From an uncultured Victivallales bacterium (GTDB taxonomy: Bacteria; Verrucomicrobiota; Kiritimatiellia; JAQICX01), in contig CAYTUX010000069.1 in the NCBI GenBank assembly GCA_964441455.1, positions 1 to 41,399 on the forward strand: a stretch of 41,399 nt of DNA, in the 5' to 3' direction. Made by a program: the position numbers and the translations under genes. Positions 36,658 through 41,399 of the stretch are shown in pieces; position 1 is the first letter of the stretch, and each line of letters starts with the position of its first letter. A model generated the notes under the pieces. It made no database searches, was not told the DNA's origin, and worked only from the letters and a program-made list of their open reading frames with translations.

Positions 36658-37368
36658 ATGAATAAGACTCCAAATAAAAGTTGGAAACAAGGTTTTACGC
36701 TTGTTGAGTTGCTGGTTGTTATCGCTATTATCGGTATTCTTGCTGGTATGTTGTTCCCTGCAATACAAGGTGCAATTACTAAAGCAAATGCTACATCGAC
36801 AGGTAATAATGGCAGTCAGGTATGGAAAGCACTGTATTCGGACAACTTAGAGAGAGATCAAGTCGGTGATGCAACAATCTGGCCGGAAGATGGTGGCGAA
36901 ATTGATGTTGGTACAGGTGGTTCTGAAGATTTACAAACATATGATACTTCTACAGAATATTTTAAGCTTTGTAGTGAATCTGGTGTTTTTTCCGGTATTT
37001 CTCCTTCAATTCTTTCTGCTTCAGGTTTGCCTTCTGCTACTTCTTGGTCAAATGAAACTGGTAGAGTTGAATTTAAGGATCAACACAATGCATGGTGTGT
37101 TGTAATTCCTAATACATCTGCATCATTCTCACCAGAAACTCCATTGTTCTTTACTAGAAACTTTACCGGTGGAGGCACTATTGATGCAATTGATGGTTTT
37201 GCCCAAGAAGAAAAACCTTTTGGTGACAAGATGGGGGTTGTTATCACTTTTGGTGGTTCAGTTAGAATTATCACAGATAAGCAAGCTTCAAGAGATATGC
37301 AAAAATACTTCAATCCATTGAATGAGAATTATGAATTTTTAACTCCTGGTACTGATTCAGGCGACTAA
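36658..37368 (+). CDS. Prepilin-type N-terminal cleavage/methylation domain protein (type II secretion/pseudopilin-like)
   Basis: KQGFTLVELLVVIAIIGILAGMLFPAI signature. The ATG at 36658 has a GAAAGG RBS. The ORF-track extension to 36547 is AT-rich leader. Confidence 0.85.
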   Translation: MNKTPNKSWKQGFTLVELLVVIAIIGILAGMLFPAIQGAITKANATSTGNNGSQVWKALYSDNLERDQVGDATIWPEDGGEIDVGTGGSEDLQTYDTSTEYFKLCSESGVFSGISPSILSASGLPSATSWSNETGRVEFKDQHNAWCVVIPNTSASFSPETPLFFTRNFTGGGTIDAIDGFAQEEKPFGDKMGVVITFGGSVRIITDKQASRDMQKYFNPLNENYEFLTPGTDSGD

Positions 37369-37396
37369 GGTATTAAAATAGTTTAGCTTTATAAAA

Positions 37397-37429
37397 ATGG
37401 GGTAGTTTTTAACTGCTCCATTTTTTTTT
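37397..37429 (+). terminator. Rho-independent terminator after the pilin-like gene
   Basis: Stem ATGGGGTAG/CTGCTCCAT (9 bp including 2 G-U), loop TTTTTAA, then a 9-nt T-run. Confidence 0.6.
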
Positions 37430-37444
37430 GGTAAAGAGGGGAGT

Positions 37445-38384
37445 ATTCGTTTTTTTTGTTTTTCGACAGCGTCGACAACAACATCGACAACGTCGACAGC
37501 AGAGAAAACCGAGGGTGTTAACAGCATCGAAGTTTGAAGCTGAAAAGGAATATTTATGGATATAGTTGAGAAATATGGTGGCTATAGAAAACTTGATTCA
37601 TTCACGTTGGTAACAATTATTCAGTTAGGTACTTGGAAGTTTTGTAGTAAGTTTCTTAATTACCAAAATGACCCTAAAGGCAGACAGTTTGATCAAATGA
37701 CTCAAGCTGCTCGTTCAGGTCGAGCAAACATTATTGAGGGATCGGAGCGGGCAGGCACTTCAAAGACGACAGAGATTAGGTTGACTGATGTTGCTCGTGC
37801 AAGTTTGGCAGAACTCAAAGGTGATTATGAATTTTGGTTACTTAGCAATTATTTTGTTCCATGGCACAATTCTTGTGTAGATGCTCGAGAAGTATATGCT
37901 GTAAGTTTTGACAAAAGTCCTCCAGGTGTAAGTGATGGACTACATGAGTCGGGTGCATACTTGTTAGACCAATTTTCAAAATTTTCTAATTGGCTTGATA
38001 GCGATGATGCGAATGTAGTTGCAAACACCATGATAATTTTATTGAATAGGGCGTTGAACATGTTAAATCGTCAACTTGAAGCACAAAGTAACAGCTTTAA
38101 AAAAGATGGTGGATTTCATGAACGTGCAGGAACAATTCGTCGTCAGGAAAGAGAAAGACAAAATCCAAATGAGGTCGTTCCTAAATGTCCTGAATGTGGC
38201 AAGTTAATGTGTATACGAATTGCCAAGAGTAGTAAAAATGAAGGAGTGTCATTTTGGGGATGTACAGGATTTCCAGAGTGCAAGGCAACAAAAAAGTTTA
38301 AGAGTTAGTCCAAACACAGCTGTCGAAATGCTGTCGGTGTTGTCGATGCTGTCGCAAGGTTGTCGAAAAAAGAAGAAACGAATC
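37445..38384 (+). mobile_element. 940-bp cassette: four-helix-bundle/Zn-ribbon gene bracketed by imperfect inverted repeats (left arm 37445-37500, right arm 38319-38384)
   Basis: Left arm: ATTCGTTTTTTTTGTTTTTCGACAGCGTCGACAACAACATCGACAACGTCGACAGC. Reverse complement of the right arm: GATTCGTTTCTTCTTTTTTCGACAACCTTGCGACAGCATCGACAACACCGACAGCATTTCGACAGC. Shared blocks are ATTCGTTT, TTTTTCGACA, CATCGACAAC and CGACAGC. Confidence 0.5.
37556..38308 (+). CDS. Four-helix-bundle protein (23S rRNA-IVS protein/Avd family, with suffix-type extension) fused to a topoisomerase-type C4 zinc ribbon
   Basis: YRKLDSF...DQMTQAARSGRANIIEGSERAGTSKTTEIRLTDVARASLAELKGDYEFWL matches the four-helix-bundle family pattern. 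C-terminal CPECGKLMCIRIAKSSKNEGVSFWGCTGFPECKATKKF is a C4 zinc ribbon. AAGGAA RBS. Confidence 0.8.
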   Translation: MDIVEKYGGYRKLDSFTLVTIIQLGTWKFCSKFLNYQNDPKGRQFDQMTQAARSGRANIIEGSERAGTSKTTEIRLTDVARASLAELKGDYEFWLLSNYFVPWHNSCVDAREVYAVSFDKSPPGVSDGLHESGAYLLDQFSKFSNWLDSDDANVVANTMIILLNRALNMLNRQLEAQSNSFKKDGGFHERAGTIRRQERERQNPNEVVPKCPECGKLMCIRIAKSSKNEGVSFWGCTGFPECKATKKFKS

Positions 38385-40586
38385 ATGAAGATAGCAAAAG
38401 TAGTTGTTACAATTTCATTGGATAAAGAGTTTGATTATCTTATTCCTGATCAGATTGCAGACAAAGTTTTTGTCGGCTCCAGAGTGAAAGTGCCCTTTGG
38501 TCGCAGAGAAATTGATGGCTATGTTGTATCCATTGGTATTTTAAAAGAAACACCAAAATTTCAGTTGAAAGAGATTACGAGACTAACAGATGATAGACCA
38601 TTTGTTTCAGAAAAAATTTTAGAGTTAGCAAGGTGGATAGCATCATATTACTGTTCAACAGTTGAGCAGGCAATTAGAGCTGTTCTCCCAGGAGCAATAC
38701 GAAAGCATTCAGTTAAACAGAAAAAAAAGCTTTTTGTATCATATATTGATGATTCAGAACTTCCGGATAAAATTTCAGCAAAGCATCAGCTTATTATTGA
38801 TTATGTCAAAAAATCCGGTGGAATGTTTCAAGTTGACCTGCTTGAAAAATTAGATATAACAGTTTCACCTATTAAAACACTTGAGAAAAAGAGAATTCTT
38901 AAGATTGAACCTAAGGCAGATCGTAGAGATCCGTTGCTCAACAGAAACTACATAGAGACCAAACCTTTAGATTTAATGGATTCCCAGCAGAATGCATTGG
39001 ATATACTTTGTGAACAGATTGATCATAATAATCCAAAGCCGCTATTAATTTACGGAGTAACAGGAAGCGGGAAAACAGAAGTATATCTTCAGGCTATTTC
39101 CCATGCTCTTGAAAGAGGTAAGGGGGCAATAGTTTTGGTTCCTGAGATTTCGCTCACACCTCAGACGGTTGAAAGATTTGTCTCGCGGTTCGGAAAAAGA
39201 ATTGCTGTTCTGCATAGTCATCTGTCAGATGGAGAGCGGTTTGACGAGTGGCATCGAATTCATAAAGGTGATGCGGATATAGTTGTCGGTGCCAGATCTG
39301 CCATCTTTGCACCTGTTAAAAATCTTGGATTGATAGTTGTAGATGAAGAGCACGAGCCAAGTTACAAGCAGGAAGAGGCACCAAGGTATAATGCCAGAGA
39401 TGTTGCAGTAATGCGAGGTAAGATGGAAAGGGCTGCTGTTTGTCTGGGGTCTGCTACTCCGGCTTTAGAGTCTTGGTGGAATGCAAAGAATGATAAATAT
39501 TTTATGGCAATATTGCCCGAACGAGCTGATTCAAAAAAGATGCCTCATATTGATGTTGTAGACTTGAAAATTGAGGCAAAAGAACCTGGTCAGAAAACTG
39601 TTTTTTCACGCAGATTAATTGATGCTATGGGTGATCGTCTTAGAAAAAGTGAACAGACTATTTTATTTTTGAATCGTAGAGGCTTTTCAACTTCGTTGAC
39701 TTGTCCGAATTGTGGTTATGTGTCGGAGTGTAATGATTGCAGTATAACACATACCTATCATAGAGCAACCGATGAACTGATATGTCATATATGCGGCAAT
39801 GTGAAAAAAGTGCCGTTACACTGTCCCGCATGTGATGCTCCGGACTTTAAATATGCAGGAATTGGAACACAACGTATTGAAGACATTGTTCATAAAATCT
39901 TTCCAAAAGCAAGAATTCAAAGAATGGATGCAGATGTGACCAGAAAGAAAACTGCCTATGAAGATATATTGGGCAGATTTAAGGCCGGTGATATAGATAT
40001 ATTAATTGGAACGCAGATGATTGCAAAAGGACTGCATTTTCCAAGAGTCACATTAGTTGGTGTTATTTATGCTGACCAGAGCTTGAACATACCGGATTTC
40101 AGGTCAGGAGAACGTACATATCAATTACTTTCCCAGGTCGCAGGTCGTGCGGGTAGGGGGGCAATATCAGGCGATGTTTTTATTCAGACTTTTAATCCTT
40201 TTCATCCCGCAATCCAGATGGCAAGGCATACCGATTTTAATGGATTTTGTGATCAGGAGATAGAATTTAGAAGAGAATTGCTCTATCCTCCATTTTCCAG
40301 GATTATTTGTGTGACTTTTAAAGGTTTGTCAGAAAGTATGGTATCATTTTGCACGACCGCATTTGCAGACAAATTGTTAAAAGCTTTTAACTGTGAGCAT
40401 GTTATGATATCAGACCCAATTCCATCGCCTTTGTCAAAAGCAAAGGGAATGTATAGATATCAGGTGATGATAAGGGCAACCAAGGATTTTTCATTGATAA
40501 AAAAGAGTATGTTAGATATTTTAAGTGAATTTGATTTAAAGGACATTGATTGCATTATAGATGTTGATGCATTATCAATTCGATAG
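38385..40586 (+). CDS. priA: Primosomal protein N' (replication restart helicase PriA)
   Basis: MKIAKVVVTISLDKEFDYLIP N-terminus; Walker A GVTGSGKTEVY; DEEH box VVDEEHE; Cys-rich Zn region CPNCGY...CSITHTYH...CHICG...CPAC. The start is set at 38385 because the ORF-track 5' extension overlaps the previous gene and the right arm. Confidence 0.95.
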   Translation: MKIAKVVVTISLDKEFDYLIPDQIADKVFVGSRVKVPFGRREIDGYVVSIGILKETPKFQLKEITRLTDDRPFVSEKILELARWIASYYCSTVEQAIRAVLPGAIRKHSVKQKKKLFVSYIDDSELPDKISAKHQLIIDYVKKSGGMFQVDLLEKLDITVSPIKTLEKKRILKIEPKADRRDPLLNRNYIETKPLDLMDSQQNALDILCEQIDHNNPKPLLIYGVTGSGKTEVYLQAISHALERGKGAIVLVPEISLTPQTVERFVSRFGKRIAVLHSHLSDGERFDEWHRIHKGDADIVVGARSAIFAPVKNLGLIVVDEEHEPSYKQEEAPRYNARDVAVMRGKMERAAVCLGSATPALESWWNAKNDKYFMAILPERADSKKMPHIDVVDLKIEAKEPGQKTVFSRRLIDAMGDRLRKSEQTILFLNRRGFSTSLTCPNCGYVSECNDCSITHTYHRATDELICHICGNVKKVPLHCPACDAPDFKYAGIGTQRIEDIVHKIFPKARIQRMDADVTRKKTAYEDILGRFKAGDIDILIGTQMIAKGLHFPRVTLVGVIYADQSLNIPDFRSGERTYQLLSQVAGRAGRGAISGDVFIQTFNPFHPAIQMARHTDFNGFCDQEIEFRRELLYPPFSRIICVTFKGLSESMVSFCTTAFADKLLKAFNCEHVMISDPIPSPLSKAKGMYRYQVMIRATKDFSLIKKSMLDILSEFDLKDIDCIIDVDALSIR

Positions 40587-40606
40587 AGAAAGGTATGATT
40601 TAATTG

Positions 40607-41020
40607 ATGTTTGAGAATTATCGAAAGTATAAAAAGATATTTATTGAAAAACGTCTGGGATTGATAAGAAAATTAATTGACAAAGGGATGTCTGAAGACG
40701 AAATTCTGGAATATTTTTTGTATCCGAATATGTCAAAAAAAGAGCCCGATTTTTGTATATTATATAGCCGTGATGAGGTTTGTCACAGCTTGCCTAGGGA
40801 ACAACTGAATTGTTTTGGATGTTACTGTCCATATTTTGAGATGATTGTATGGAATGATGGTATGAACGATATAAAAGGAAGATGTGCGATCGGGTCTGAA
40901 TATATGACAATATTTACAGCTTCGAATGGAGAACATATTCTGGATTGTTCAAACTGCTGGTTTCCTCATCGAGAAGAAGAGATCAGAAAAAGCCTAAAGA
41001 AAGTTTTAAGTTCTATTTAG
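40607..41020 (+). CDS. Cysteine-rich small-domain protein (COG2158/PF04071-like)
   Basis: Pattern CHSLPREQLNCFGCYCPYF ... DCSNCWFPH. Starts 20 nt after the priA stop. Confidence 0.6.
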   Translation: MFENYRKYKKIFIEKRLGLIRKLIDKGMSEDEILEYFLYPNMSKKEPDFCILYSRDEVCHSLPREQLNCFGCYCPYFEMIVWNDGMNDIKGRCAIGSEYMTIFTASNGEHILDCSNCWFPHREEEIRKSLKKVLSSI

Positions 41021-41276
41021 GTTTAGATATTACTGTTTGAACCAATAAAATTGGCATTTAAAATAGATACTTGTCAGTCTTCGGATGATCCCGCAAGGGG
41101 GATGAAAATTATATTTTAACGGCGGGGTCACCCCAGCTACTACGTTATGGACTTTAATTTATAATTTTAGAGTAATTTATTTTTGTAATAGCTGGGCTAC
41201 AATGCAGCAGTTGATTAACAGCTTAATGTTGGTCTGCAGCATCAGCAGCTGTAGGGCGGGGCTGCCGAGATAGCAG

Positions 41277-41319
41277 CCAACCAGAAAAATAGGGGTAGGG
41301 ACCTTAGATTTCTGGTTGG
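41277..41319. repeat. Hairpin with 11-bp stem CCAACCAGAAA/TTTCTGGTTGG in a repeat-rich tail
   Basis: Seen directly. It lies in a cluster of hairpins (41085-41390), some of which resemble E2 interior units. Confidence 0.5.
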
Positions 41320-41399
41320 TTGACTAAAAGTGCATTTTATCCAATAGAATTAAGGAATATATTTTTATTTTATCACCTTTTGGGTGATAAATTAAAAAA

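Noticed and set aside
37556-38308. Diversity-generating retroelement, since the four-helix-bundle protein is Avd-like
   Set aside because: No reverse transcriptase ORF and no template/variable repeat pair is visible anywhere in the window.
38220-38384. Longer priA start at 38220
   Set aside because: The extension overlaps the 3' end of the four-helix-bundle gene and translates the right inverted-repeat arm. The ATG at 38385 gives the canonical PriA N-terminus MKIAKVVV.

Overview
This is a 41.4-kb low-GC bacterial chromosomal window; spot counts of 60-nt lines give about 32-40% G+C. A prepilin-type GFTLVELLVVIAIIGILAGML protein plus carbohydrate-active enzymes suggest a PVC-group organism (Lentisphaerota/Kiritimatiellota/Verrucomicrobiota-like), but that is inference only.

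Layout from left to right:
- tRNA-Phe and a GH4 glycosidase.
- An accessory, defense-island-like stretch (1.9-12 kb). It holds a short XRE-type HTH gene, several orphan ORFs, a COG1373/DUF4143 AAA ATPase with a small partner ORF, and a type I R-M system. In that system hsdM and hsdS are fused, and an IS200/RAYT-like Y1-transposase homolog sits between hsdR and hsdMS.
- Glutaminyl cyclase and a solitary atpD.
- ileS, an AEC transporter and a DUF2442 gene.
- A sharply bounded GC-rich two-gene island (PL22 oligogalacturonate-lyase-like plus an unassigned enzyme).
- A co-directional minus-strand housekeeping cluster: valS-trpS-scpA-scpB-gmhB-oxidoreductase-lpxB-rdgC.
- GH2, a second oxidoreductase, a pilin-like gene, a four-helix-bundle/zinc-ribbon gene, priA and a Cys-rich small protein.

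The most unusual content is non-coding:
1. The four-helix-bundle (Avd/23S-IVS family) gene lies in a 940-bp cassette. It is bracketed by imperfect 56-66 bp TCGAC-rich inverted repeats and sits between a terminator and the priA ATG.
2. The housekeeping cluster has inflated spacers filled with a composite repeat system. This comprises a four-copy GC-rich core with a variable hairpin, 8-nt-period TTTTCGAA satellites, and orientation-locked GC hairpins 23-41 nt upstream of four start codons.
3. Two 306-307 bp MITE-like elements carry about 25-bp terminal inverted repeats and compensatory hairpin substitutions.
4. REP-like palindromes are inserted in-frame in the RAYT-like gene.

No CRISPR array, rRNA, reverse transcriptase or cas gene is visible. 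All functional calls rest on motif recognition by eye, not on database searches.
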